32,000 bases of DNA from Thermococcus kodakarensis KOD1 (GTDB lineage: Archaea; Methanobacteriota_B; Thermococci; Thermococcales; Thermococcaceae). A program made the position numbers and the translations under genes. Position 1 is the first letter of the stretch, and every line of letters starts with the position of its first letter. Positions 9,089 to 17,225 of this stretch are shown piece by piece. The stretch spans positions 720,001 to 752,000 of the forward strand of contig NC_006624.1 in the NCBI RefSeq assembly GCF_000009965.1, in the 5' to 3' direction. Under the pieces are notes generated by a model. The model saw nothing but the letters and a program-made list of their open reading frames with translations, was not told the origin of the DNA and made no database searches.

Positions 9089-9667
9089 CTATTCTTTCTC
9101 TTCTCCTGCCATGGCTTTCTCTAAGTTCTCCCTCGTCTTCTTGAACTCCCTCAAACACGTCGGACAGCAAAAGAAGTAGACCTTGTTTCTGTACTTGTAG
9201 ACTATCGGCTCGCCAACTATCTCCTTCCCGCAGTAGTCGCACTTGTAAGAGACTTTTATTTTTGGTCTGGGTGGTTTCTCTTTGCTCTCAAGGATCGGCA
9301 TTATCTCAATGACTTCAACGCCGGTGCCCTCGATTACCCGCTTGAGGTCTTCCATGTTCTCAACTGCCACCTTTATGAGGTACTTCGTGCTCGTGAAGCG
9401 GTTTACCTCGATTATCTCCTCGAACCCGTCCATCTTCTCCGGGTTCTCCGTTTTGACAACAAGAGCGACAACGTTGTGAGCCCTCTGGAGCTCCGGGTTG
9501 AGCTTTATCGTGTAGCCCTGGATTACCCCCTCTTTTTCGAGCTTCTCCAGCCTCGCTCTCACCGTCGGCCTGCTGACGCCGAGCCTCTCAGCGAGTTCAG
9601 AAATGCTCAGCCTCGCATCGTCCATTAACAGATATATGAGCTTCAGATCAAGGTCGTCTATTTTCAT
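9089..9667 (-). CDS. copR: Copper-responsive regulator CopR type: Lrp/AsnC HTH + RAM-like domain + C-terminal TRASH metal-binding domain
   Basis: Start trimmed to MKIDDLDLKLIYLLMDDARLSISELAERLGVSRPTVRARLEKLEKEGVI (Lrp/AsnC HTH). C-terminus CDYCGKEIVGEPIVYKYRNKVYFFCCPTC is a TRASH-type Cys pattern. copA lies 1.9 kb away. Confidence 0.8.
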   Translation of the reverse strand: MKIDDLDLKLIYLLMDDARLSISELAERLGVSRPTVRARLEKLEKEGVIQGYTIKLNPELQRAHNVVALVVKTENPEKMDGFEEIIEVNRFTSTKYLIKVAVENMEDLKRVIEGTGVEVIEIMPILESKEKPPRPKIKVSYKCDYCGKEIVGEPIVYKYRNKVYFFCCPTCLREFKKTRENLEKAMAGEEKE

Positions 9668-9786
9668 AAAACCACCGATGGGTGTTCTCGCACACTCATA
9701 AAAATACTTTCCCTTCACTCTTTCCACTGTGGTCAAAAACTGGCGCTCAAATTTTATGCTGTGCAAACTTACGCCGCGACACTTTT

Positions 9787-9804
9787 TTAGCATAAAAATG
9801 CTAA
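9787..9804. promoter_or_regulatory. Perfect dyad TTAGCAT-AAAA-ATGCTAA in the copR/purK divergent spacer
   Basis: Read directly: 7-bp arms, 4-bp spacer. It lies upstream of the purK A/T box (TTTATAAA, ~9819-9827). Confidence 0.45.
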
Positions 9805-9828
9805 TTTTTTCCAAAAAAATTTATAAAC

Positions 9829-9846
9829 TTAGCATTTTTTAGTTAA
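9829..9846. promoter_or_regulatory. Second, imperfect copy TTAGCAT-TTTT-TAGTTAA between the purK A/T box and purK ATG 9851
   Basis: It shares the TTAGCAT half-site and the 18-bp architecture with 9787-9804. It covers the expected purK transcription start. Confidence 0.35.
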
Positions 9847-9850
9847 AAAC

Positions 9851-10996
9851 ATGAGGGACGGCTTTAGAATTGGAATCCTCGGCGGCGGACAGCTGGCCAA
9901 GATGAGCGCGCAGGAAGCGAGAAGGATGGGGTTTGATGTCTTAGTTCTGGATCCAACCCCGGGATGTCCCGCCAGTATGGTGGCTGAGCAAATAGTTGGG
10001 AGCTTCCAGGACGGGGAGATGGTAATCGAGCTCGCCGAAAGGGCTGACGTCGTAACTTACGACATAGAGAGCGTCAACGTTGAGGCGCTCAAAAAGGTGG
10101 CGAAGGAGAAGCCGGTCATTCCAGAGCCGCACGTCTTGGAGGTAATCCGCGACAAGTACGTCCAGAAGAAGGTGTTGAGGAGGGCAGGAGTCCCAGTTCC
10201 GTGGTTTCGGGAGCTGAAGAGTTTAGATGAGCTTGAAAACCTGATCCCCGTTGTCCAGAAAGCCCGGAGCGGTGGCTACGATGGGAGGGGTGTTGTGGTC
10301 ATTAGAGACGAAAAAGACCTTCAAAAGGCTCTGAACGTTCCCTCGTACGTTGAGGAGCTCGTGCCGATCGAAAAGGAGCTTTCCGTCATAGTGGTTCGCA
10401 ACGATGACGAGACGCTGGCTTATCCAACCACCGAGATGGTCTTCAACAATGAGGGGAACATTCTGGACTTCCTCGTGGCCCCCGGGCGGGTCGAAAAGGA
10501 CGTCGAGAAGGAGGCAGAGGAGATAGCCATTAGAGCCGTTGAAGCCCTCGATGGGCGCGGGGTTTTTGGGGTCGAGATGTTCCTTGCCAGGGACGGGAGG
10601 GTGCTCGTGAACGAGATCGCCCCGAGGCCCCACAACTCAGGGCACTGGACGATAGAAGCGGCCGTATCGAGCCAGTTCGAGCAGCACGTTAGGGTAGTGG
10701 CCGACCTGCCCCTCGGGAGCACCGAGGTAGTTTTAAACGCCGCCATGGTGAACCTTCTAGGAGAAAAAGGCTATTACGGAAAGCCCGTCTATGATGGGGT
10801 TAGTGAAGCGCTCAGGATTCCTGGGGTTTTCGTCCACGTATACGGGAAGAGGGAGGTGTTCCCCTTCAGGAAGATGGGGCACGTTACCGCAGTTGATAGA
10901 ACCCTCCCAGGCGCCATCGAGAAGGCCCTGAGGGCGAAGGCACTGATAAGGGTAAGGGGTGAGGTGAATGCCCAAAGTGGGAATAATAATGGGTAG
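9851..10996 (+). CDS. purK: N5-carboxyaminoimidazole ribonucleotide synthase (ATP-grasp)
   Basis: 381-aa track ORF. N-terminal [15 protein letters not shown]-grasp core, [14 protein letters not shown] motif. Directly followed by purE. Confidence 0.9.
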   Translation: MRDGFRIGILGGGQLAKMSAQEARRMGFDVLVLDPTPGCPASMVAEQIVGSFQDGEMVIELAERADVVTYDIESVNVEALKKVAKEKPVIPEPHVLEVIRDKYVQKKVLRRAGVPVPWFRELKSLDELENLIPVVQKARSGGYDGRGVVVIRDEKDLQKALNVPSYVEELVPIEKELSVIVVRNDDETLAYPTTEMVFNNEGNILDFLVAPGRVEKDVEKEAEEIAIRAVEALDGRGVFGVEMFLARDGRVLVNEIAPRPHNSGHWTIEAAVSSQFEQHVRVVADLPLGSTEVVLNAAMVNLLGEKGYYGKPVYDGVSEALRIPGVFVHVYGKREVFPFRKMGHVTAVDRTLPGAIEKALRAKALIRVRGEVNAQSGNNNG

Positions 10997-11492
10997 CGAC
11001 TCCGACCTCCCGGTCATGAAGGCCGCGGCCGAGGTGCTCGAGGAGTTCGGTGTTGACTACGAGATAACCATAGTTTCAGCCCACAGAACCCCCGAGAGGA
11101 TGTTCGAGTACGCCAAAACGGCAGAAGAAAGGGGGATAGAGGTAATAATAGCCGGAGCTGGAGGTGCCGCCCACCTTCCGGGCATGACGGCATCCATAAC
11201 CACGCTCCCTGTGATAGGAGTCCCCGTAAAGACATCCACGCTGAACGGGCTTGACTCGCTCCTCTCCATAGTCCAGATGCCGAGGGGAGTGCCCGTTGCA
11301 ACCGTCGCCATAAACAACGCCAAGAACGCGGCCCTGCTGGCCCTCTCAATCCTCGGGGTGAAGTACCCGGAGATAAGGGAGAAGCTCAAGGAGTACAGGA
11401 GGAGGATGAGGGAAGAAGTGGAGGAGAAGGCGGAGAGGCTTGAGGAGATGGGCTACGAGGAGTACCTCCAAGTGACAGGGCAAGGAAAGTGA
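10968..11492 (+). CDS. purE: N5-CAIR mutase (class I PurE)
   Basis: [17 protein letters not shown]...SAHRTPE...[10 protein letters not shown]. Overlaps the purK 3' end by 29 nt. Confidence 0.9.
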   Translation: MPKVGIIMGSDSDLPVMKAAAEVLEEFGVDYEITIVSAHRTPERMFEYAKTAEERGIEVIIAGAGGAAHLPGMTASITTLPVIGVPVKTSTLNGLDSLLSIVQMPRGVPVATVAINNAKNAALLALSILGVKYPEIREKLKEYRRRMREEVEEKAERLEEMGYEEYLQVTGQGK

Positions 11493-11499
11493 TGCAGAC

Positions 11500-11514
11500 T
11501 TCCCAATATGGAAA
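11500..11514. promoter_or_regulatory. Candidate CopR box 1 upstream of copA: TTCCCAATATGGAAA
   Basis: It fits TTNNCAWWWTGNNAA at all specified positions. That is the motif I recall being reported for Pyrococcus furiosus CopR; it is recalled, not verified here. Confidence 0.45.
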
Positions 11515-11530
11515 AATTTTCCGGCTCTTC

Positions 11531-11545
11531 TTTCCAATTTGTCAC
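11531..11545. promoter_or_regulatory. Candidate CopR box 2 upstream of copA: TTTCCAATTTGTCAC
   Basis: Same motif with one mismatch (final AA is AC). It starts 31 bp after box 1, about three helical turns. The A/T box TAATAAA at 11568-11574 follows. Confidence 0.4.
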
Positions 11546-11592
11546 GAATAAGCCCCATAAGCCCTTCTAATAAACTTCATTCAGGTGAGAGC

Positions 11593-13992
11593 ATGAAGAC
11601 CACTCTGAAAGTCAACGGCATGACGTGTGCCATGTGCGTTAAAACCATAGAGATGGCCCTAGCTGGGCTGGAGGGGGTTAAAGCTGCAAAGGCCAACCTG
11701 AACAGCGAGACGGTCTTCGTGGACTTTGACGAATCAAAGGTGAGCATAAACCAAATCATCAGGGCGATAGAGGATGTTGGCTACGAGGTTATCAGGGAGC
11801 GCAGGGACGCCGTGATAAAGATAGGCGGTATGACGTGCGCGATGTGCGTTAAGACCGTTGAAAACGCAATAAGAGAGCTCCCAGGAGTTCTCGACGTGAG
11901 CGTGAACCTCGCGACCGAGAGCGCGAGGGTCTCCTACAATCCGGCTCTTGTAACTATTGAGGACATCAAAGGGGCCGTTGAGGGCGTCGGCTACGAGTTT
12001 TTGGGCGTGGAGGGGGAGGAAAGCCACGACATAGAGAAAGAGGTCAGAGAGAGGCACATAAAGGAAATGAAGAGAAGCCTCCTGGTGGCATGGGGTATCG
12101 GGATACCGCTCTTCCTCTCAATGCAGTTGAAGAGGTTAGGGATAGAGGTTGAAAACCTAATTTACGTCCAGTTCCTCCTCGCGACGGTAGCCATAGCTTA
12201 CGCCGGCAGAGGGATCTTCAAGAAGGCCTACTCGTCGCTCAGGCACATGACGCTCAACATGGAGGTCATGTACGCTATGGGCATAGGCTCCGCCTATCTG
12301 ACGAGCGTCCTCGCTACGTTGGGCGTAATTCCGAGGGAGTTCAACTTTTATGAAGCAAGCGTTCTTCTTATGGCATTTCTTCTTTTAGGTCGTTACCTTG
12401 AAGCCAGGGCCAAGGGAAGAACGAGCGAGGCGATAAAGAAGCTCATGGGCCTTCAGGCAAAGAAAGCCACCGTTGTTAGGGATGGGAAGGAGATCGAGGT
12501 TCCGATTAGCGAGGTTAAGGTTGGCGATATAGTTGTAGTCAGGCCCGGAGAGAGGATTCCAGTGGATGGTACTGTTATCGAGGGTGAGAGCTACGTTGAC
12601 GAGTCCATGATCACGGGCGAGCCTATTCCGGTCCTCAAAAAGAGCGGGGAGAAGGTAATAGGTGGGACGATAAACAGGAACTCCGTCCTCAAGGTGCGAG
12701 CTGAGAAGGTCGGAAGGGACACGCTCCTTGCCCAGATAATAAAACTTGTCGAAGAAGCCCAGAACACCAAACCACCTGTGCAGAGGCTTGCTGACACGGT
12801 CGTGACGTACTTCATCCCGGCCGTTCTCACGATAGCCCTCCTCTCCTTCACCTACTGGTACTTCATAGCGGGCAAACCTCTGGTCTTTGCCTTTACCGCC
12901 TTCCTTAGCGTTCTGGTCATAGCGTGCCCCTGTGCCTTCGGCTTGGCAACTCCAACGGCTTTAACTGTGGGAGTAGGTAAGGGGGCCGAGCTCGGGATAC
13001 TCATCAAGAACGGTGAGGCCCTTGAGATAGCGAGGAAGGCAACGGTAGTGCTCTTCGACAAGACAGGGACGCTGACAAAGGGGAAGCCCGAGGTTACCGA
13101 TGTTATAACCTTCGATGTGGACGAGGGAGAGTTTTTGGAACTTGTCGCTTCAGCCGAAAAGCGCTCCGAGCATCCCTTGGGTGAAGCAATCGTGAGAAAG
13201 GCGGAAGAGCTTGGAATCGAAGTGGAAGAGCCCGAGGAATTCGAGGCGGTAACAGGCAAGGGCGTTAGAGCCAAAGTCCGCGGGAAGGAAGTCCTTGCTG
13301 GAAACAGGAGGCTCATGGTCGAGAACGGTATAGACCTTGAGAGCGTTGAGGAGACCCTCCAGAGGCTTGAGAGCGAGGGGAAGACGGCCATAGTGGTGGC
13401 GATGGACGGGAAGATCGTGGGAATCATTGCCATAGCGGACACGATAAAGAAAGGGGCCAGAGAGGCCATCGAGGATCTCCACAGGATGGGCAAGAAAGTG
13501 GGCATGATAACGGGTGACAACAGAAGGACGGCTGAGGCGATAGGGAAGGCCCTCGGAGTGGACTACATCTTAGCCGAGGTGCTTCCGGGGGATAAGGCAA
13601 ACGAGGTAAAGAAGCTCCAAGAAAAGGGGAAGGTGGTGGTCTTCGTTGGCGATGGAATTAACGACGCCCCGGCCATGGCCCAGGCTGATGTTGGAATAGC
13701 GGTTGGGAACGCCACGGACATAGTGATGGAGAGCGGTGAGGTAGTGCTGGTCAGAAACGACCCGAGGGATGTTGTGAGGGCCATAAAGCTCAGCCAGAAG
13801 ACGATATCAAAGATAAAGCAGAACATCTTCTGGGCGATGTTCTACAACACCATACTGATTCCCTTCGCGGCGGGGCTCGCGTACGTGCTCTTCGGGGTTA
13901 CGTTCAGGCCCGAGTGGGCCGCTGGAGCGATGAGCCTCAGCAGCGTTAGTGTCGTCACGAACTCCCTCATGCTCAAGCGCGTTAGGGTTTGA
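11593..13992 (+). CDS. copA: Copper-translocating P1B-type ATPase with two N-terminal HMA domains
   Basis: Start trimmed to [15 protein letters not shown]. Second HMA domain [12 protein letters not shown] in the TM region ([13 protein letters not shown]), [15 protein letters not shown]. Confidence 0.92.
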   Translation: MKTTLKVNGMTCAMCVKTIEMALAGLEGVKAAKANLNSETVFVDFDESKVSINQIIRAIEDVGYEVIRERRDAVIKIGGMTCAMCVKTVENAIRELPGVLDVSVNLATESARVSYNPALVTIEDIKGAVEGVGYEFLGVEGEESHDIEKEVRERHIKEMKRSLLVAWGIGIPLFLSMQLKRLGIEVENLIYVQFLLATVAIAYAGRGIFKKAYSSLRHMTLNMEVMYAMGIGSAYLTSVLATLGVIPREFNFYEASVLLMAFLLLGRYLEARAKGRTSEAIKKLMGLQAKKATVVRDGKEIEVPISEVKVGDIVVVRPGERIPVDGTVIEGESYVDESMITGEPIPVLKKSGEKVIGGTINRNSVLKVRAEKVGRDTLLAQIIKLVEEAQNTKPPVQRLADTVVTYFIPAVLTIALLSFTYWYFIAGKPLVFAFTAFLSVLVIACPCAFGLATPTALTVGVGKGAELGILIKNGEALEIARKATVVLFDKTGTLTKGKPEVTDVITFDVDEGEFLELVASAEKRSEHPLGEAIVRKAEELGIEVEEPEEFEAVTGKGVRAKVRGKEVLAGNRRLMVENGIDLESVEETLQRLESEGKTAIVVAMDGKIVGIIAIADTIKKGAREAIEDLHRMGKKVGMITGDNRRTAEAIGKALGVDYILAEVLPGDKANEVKKLQEKGKVVVFVGDGINDAPAMAQADVGIAVGNATDIVMESGEVVLVRNDPRDVVRAIKLSQKTISKIKQNIFWAMFYNTILIPFAAGLAYVLFGVTFRPEWAAGAMSLSSVSVVTNSLMLKRVRV

Positions 13993-14022
13993 CAACCCTT
14001 TTATCTTTTGAAAACAAAAATA

Positions 14023-14343
14023 ATGGCTGGTGTCGGTATGATAGTGGAGTACGATGAGAATGTTGACTTTACCAAGGGGAAGGCCGTGCTTTGGTTTTCA
14101 ATTCCTGGCTGTCCCCCGTGCAGGCTCGTGGAGGCCTTTATGAAGGAGCTGAGCGAAGAATTTGGGGAAATAGCCATTGTCCACGTAAATGCTGAGAAGT
14201 GGAGCGGGCTGGTTGAGGGGTTCAGAATTTTAAACGTCCCAACGCTCGTCTACCTCAAAGATGGGAAAGAGGTCGCGCGGCAGAACCTCATAAGGGGAAA
14301 GGGTGAGGTTCTCATCAAGTTCGAAGAGCCCCGGGAACTTTAG
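14023..14343 (+). CDS. Thioredoxin-fold protein with CPPC active site
   Basis: AVLWFSIPGCPPCRLVEAFM...LNVPTLVYLKDGKEV (Trx fold with cis-Pro region). Start set at ATG 14023, about 25 nt after the A/T box; ATG 14038 is also possible. Confidence 0.7.
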   Translation: MAGVGMIVEYDENVDFTKGKAVLWFSIPGCPPCRLVEAFMKELSEEFGEIAIVHVNAEKWSGLVEGFRILNVPTLVYLKDGKEVARQNLIRGKGEVLIKFEEPREL

Positions 14344-14355
14344 CGCCTCCCAGGT

Positions 14356-14946
14356 TCACACCTGCGGGACTCCGACCGGGAAGATGTAGAGCGGCTCTCC
14401 GGGAACGCCCATTAATTTTTTGACTTCCTCATCAATGAATGCTCCAACGGCAACGGTTCCAAGCCCTAAAGCGGTCGCCTGAAGGTAGATGTTCTGACCC
14501 ATGTGGCCAGCATCTATGTGCACGTACCTGTAACCCCTCTCACCATACCTCCTCGTCGTCCTCTCGTAGTGGGCGACTATGATGATGTTTATCGGCGCGG
14601 TCTCCACATGCCTCTGACCCAAACAGGCCTTCGCAAGGGGTTTGTTTATGTCGCCTTCTCTCACGAGCTCAAGGGCGTGTGCTTCCCCGTCGTAGTGGTA
14701 GAGGCCTGGATTTAGGCCTTTCACCTTCGAAACCGCCACGTAGACCTCGAAGGGGTAGCAGGCACCCGCACTTGGAGAAGTCCTCTTGCCCCAGGCGTTC
14801 ATCCCGTAGGCCGCCCAGAGGAGCTGGGAGACCTGCTCAAGTGTCAGCGGCGCATCTTTGTACTTCCTCACACTCCTTCTCAGGTTTATCGCTTCCTCGA
14901 CGCTCATTTCTCCCTTAAGCCTTGGGGCGGGGAGTTCAATCCGCAT
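14356..14946 (-). CDS. SagB-type dehydrogenase / nitroreductase-family flavoprotein (soluble paralogue)
   Basis: RRSVRKY, SPSAGACYPFEVYV, GLYHYDGEAHAL, ERGYRYVHIDAGHMGQNIYLQATALGLGTVAVGAF. I recognise this pattern as the stand-alone SagB-type nitroreductase domain. Confidence 0.8.
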   Translation of the reverse strand: MRIELPAPRLKGEMSVEEAINLRRSVRKYKDAPLTLEQVSQLLWAAYGMNAWGKRTSPSAGACYPFEVYVAVSKVKGLNPGLYHYDGEAHALELVREGDINKPLAKACLGQRHVETAPINIIIVAHYERTTRRYGERGYRYVHIDAGHMGQNIYLQATALGLGTVAVGAFIDEEVKKLMGVPGEPLYIFPVGVPQV

Positions 14947-14961
14947 GGTACATCCCGAATT

Positions 14962-14979
14962 AATGAAGGTATTTTCATT
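14962..14979. promoter_or_regulatory. Dyad AATGAA-GGTATT-TTCATT straddling the predicted A/T box of the 14356-14946 gene
   Basis: Read directly: 6-bp arms, 6-bp spacer. It lies 16-33 nt upstream of ATG 14946. The same ATGAA-N6-TTCAT core recurs at 17137-17154. Confidence 0.4.
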
Positions 14980-15071
14980 GATTAGGGTTTTGGCCTCGAA
15001 CAGCCTTGGGGTGTATCTTTCGAGTGGTCTCGTTCAAAACTCTAAAATATCATGACGACGTAACGGCAAAC

Positions 15072-15767
15072 ATGGACTATCGGAGAGCGGCCGTACTCGT
15101 TGTAGTCTTCGTGATGGTGTCATCTCTCGCGTTATTCCTGAAGCCATACATTCCCGGGGAAAGCAGGACTCAGTACTCTGGGGAGAAAATTCTCCTGCCC
15201 CCACCAAGGTTGGAAGGCAGCATGAGCGTTGAAGAAGCCATCGCAAAGCGGAGAAGCATCAGGGAGTATAAAGACGAACCCCTAAGCCGGGAGGAGCTTG
15301 GCCAGCTCCTGTGGGCCTGCCAGGGAATAACCCACGAGGAGATGAGGGCAGCCCCAAGCGCAGGAGCCACGTATCCCTTCGAAATCTTTGTTGTCGTGGG
15401 CAGAGTTGATGGATTAAAGCCCGGAATCTACCACTACGACCCCTTTGAGCACAGTCTGACTTTGGTTAAGGAAGGTGACTTCAGGAGGGAGCTCCAGGAG
15501 GCGGCGCTGAACCAGGAGTGGGTTGGGAAGGCTGCAATGGACATCGTGCTCGTGGCCTTTTATGAGAGGACTACCAAGTACTACGGGGAGAGAGGCATCA
15601 GGTACGTCCATATGGAGGCAGGCCACATCGGACAGAATATATATCTCCAGGCCACGGCTTTGGGACTTGGAACTGTAGCTGTGGGAGCGTTTGATGATGA
15701 GCGAGTTGCCGAGATACTGGGCACGAAGGGGGCTCCGCTCTATATATTCCCCGTTGGGAGGGCCTAA
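15072..15767 (+). CDS. SagB-type dehydrogenase / nitroreductase-family flavoprotein with N-terminal hydrophobic anchor (paralogue 2)
   Basis: Start trimmed to MDYRRAAVLVVVFVMVSSLALFL (TM/signal anchor). The rest aligns colinearly with the 14356-14946 protein at roughly 55% identity by eye, including GQNIYLQATALGLGTVAVGAF. A/T box TAAAATAT lies 25 nt upstream. Confidence 0.8.
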   Translation: MDYRRAAVLVVVFVMVSSLALFLKPYIPGESRTQYSGEKILLPPPRLEGSMSVEEAIAKRRSIREYKDEPLSREELGQLLWACQGITHEEMRAAPSAGATYPFEIFVVVGRVDGLKPGIYHYDPFEHSLTLVKEGDFRRELQEAALNQEWVGKAAMDIVLVAFYERTTKYYGERGIRYVHMEAGHIGQNIYLQATALGLGTVAVGAFDDERVAEILGTKGAPLYIFPVGRA

Positions 15768-15768
15768 C

Positions 15769-15948
15769 ATGGTGGTTTTAGACCACGGGACTCTCGGATA
15801 CATAACCTTCGGCCTTATGAGCTTCTCAATGCTCAGCGGCGCCTTCATATTCCTCTCCAAAAAGAGGCAGTTCTGGATAAAGGTGCACCTGCTGGTGAGC
15901 ATTCTGGCCTATATCTTCATGGTCTGGACGATATGGGTCGTGGGGTGA
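15769..15948 (+). CDS. 59-aa two-TM membrane microprotein coupled to the preceding gene
   Basis: ATG 15769 lies 1 nt after the TAA of the upstream gene. MVVLDHGTLGYITFGLMSFSMLSGAFIFLSKKRQFWIKVHLLVSILAYIFMVWTIWVVG has two clear hydrophobic helices separated by KKRQ. Confidence 0.5.
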   Translation: MVVLDHGTLGYITFGLMSFSMLSGAFIFLSKKRQFWIKVHLLVSILAYIFMVWTIWVVG

Positions 15949-15971
15949 AGGGGAGAAAAAAAGTAAAACCT

Positions 15972-17069
15972 TCACTCCTCTGCAAGCGTTGGAACCGCGT
16001 TTCCTGCCTCGAACTTGGCAGTGAAGAGTCCCCTTGTCTTGTTGGCTATCCAAACGAGGCTCAGCATTATCGGGACTTCCTCAAGGACGCCAACCACAGT
16101 TGCCAGAGCGGCACCGCTCTCCAGTCCGAATAGGGCTATGGCAACAGCCACAGCCAGCTCAAAGAAGTTGCTCGCGCCTATGAAAGAGGCTGGAGCGGCA
16201 ACCTTGTGCGGGAGCTTCCAGAGCCACGCCCACCCGTAGGCAATCGCGAAGATAAAGTACGTCTGTATCGTCAGCGGGATCGCAATGAGGGCAATGTGCA
16301 GCGGGTTTTCGAGGATTATCTTCCCCTGGAAGGAGAATAGGAGTATCAGCGTGAGGAGGAGGCCAGCTATTGAAACGGTGCTCAGCTTCGGAAGGAACTG
16401 GCGCTCGAACCACACCGGCCCCTTGGTCTTCAGGATGTGTCTCCTTGAGATGTAGCCGGCAGTAAGCGGGATGACGACGAAGAGGACAACCGAAAGTAGG
16501 AGCGTGTCGTATGGGACGGGTACCTCGTTGAGGCCCATGAGGAAGCCGACTATCGGGGCGAAGGCGAAGAGAATTATGAGGTCGTTGGTGGCCACCTGGA
16601 CGAGCGTGTAAAGCGGGTCGCCATCGGCCAAATAGCTCCACACGAAGACCATGGCAGTACAGGGTGCAGCCCCGAGGAGTATTGCCCCCGCTATGTACTC
16701 CTTGGCAAGTGAGGGCTCGATGATGCCGAGCTTGATGGAAAATAGCGTCCCTATGAAGAAGGAGCTTATGAGGAACATGCTGAAGGGCTTTATGAGCCAG
16801 TTGGTTACCCAAGTGACGGTTAACCCCTTAAGCATCTGGCCCTTGTGCACTCTCTTTATCGCCGAAAAGTCCACCTTGACCATCATGGGGTATATCATCG
16901 CCCATATCAAGACCGCTATCGGCATGTTGACGTTCTCTATCGTGAGCTTTGAGAGCGCCTCGGGCACCGACGGTATGAGCTTTCCGAGCGCTATGCCCGC
17001 TATTATACAGAGGGCTACCCACACCGAGAGGTACTTTTCGAAGAAGCTTAACCCCTTTTTCTCGCCCAT
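15972..17069 (-). CDS. acr3: ACR3-family arsenite efflux permease
   Basis: Start trimmed to MGEKKGLSFFEKYLSVWVALCI. GAAPCTAMVFVW and VATNDL motifs are typical of ACR3. 365 aa, about 10 TM. Confidence 0.85.
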   Translation of the reverse strand: MGEKKGLSFFEKYLSVWVALCIIAGIALGKLIPSVPEALSKLTIENVNMPIAVLIWAMIYPMMVKVDFSAIKRVHKGQMLKGLTVTWVTNWLIKPFSMFLISSFFIGTLFSIKLGIIEPSLAKEYIAGAILLGAAPCTAMVFVWSYLADGDPLYTLVQVATNDLIILFAFAPIVGFLMGLNEVPVPYDTLLLSVVLFVVIPLTAGYISRRHILKTKGPVWFERQFLPKLSTVSIAGLLLTLILLFSFQGKIILENPLHIALIAIPLTIQTYFIFAIAYGWAWLWKLPHKVAAPASFIGASNFFELAVAVAIALFGLESGAALATVVGVLEEVPIMLSLVWIANKTRGLFTAKFEAGNAVPTLAEE

Positions 17070-17136
17070 TTCCACACCCGTTGGATTGAATGAGGCTTCA
17101 AATAAAAGGGTTTTTAAAACCAAAGGTGGAAATGTT

Positions 17137-17154
17137 GATGAAATGCTCTTCATC
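17137..17154. promoter_or_regulatory. Dyad GATGAA-ATGCTC-TTCATC in the acr3/arsC divergent spacer
   Basis: Read directly: 6-bp arms, 6-bp spacer. Its right arm abuts the TCTATAT A/T-rich box. It shares the ATGAA-N6-TTCAT core with 14962-14979. Confidence 0.4.
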
Positions 17155-17225
17155 TATATGGCACTCTATAGACTACTGCGGCAACGCCTTTAAACCTCTT
17201 CTCCGAGCTCTTCCTGGTGGAAAAA

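Noticed and set aside
9668-9814. N-terminal extensions offered by the track. Examples: copR to 9814, NROR-like to 5634, acr3 to 17153, copA from 11539, sagB-like from 15006, cobQ from 25376, MFS to 9242.
   Set aside because: The extensions run through A/T-box promoter regions or into neighbouring genes and lack family similarity. Internal starts coincide with conserved N-terminal motifs and/or sit about 25 nt downstream of an A/T box or after an SD.
11510-11522. GGAAAAATTTTCC 13-bp palindrome upstream of copA, considered as an independent element.
   Set aside because: It overlaps candidate CopR box 1 and is A/T-run driven. It is not separable from that box without binding data, so it is reported only as part of that finding.
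12852-13520. Long antisense or alternative-frame ORFs in the track. Examples: 12852-13520 inside copA, 16159-16812 and 16651-17193 inside acr3, 17814-18353 and 18999-19772 inside the AOR-family gene, 25928-26479 inside cobQ, 11014-11389 inside purE.
   Set aside because: They lie entirely within strongly supported genes on the other strand or frame. They have Arg/Pro/Ser/Gly-rich low-complexity compositions typical of shadow ORFs in GC-rich coding DNA, and they carry no recognisable motifs.
15072-15140. The RR in MDYRRAAVLVVVF, considered as a twin-arginine (Tat) signal.
   Set aside because: It lacks the S/T-R-R-x-F-L-K context. As far as I recall, Thermococcales lack TatA/TatC. It is treated as a plain signal-anchor, with the topology question left open in the findings.
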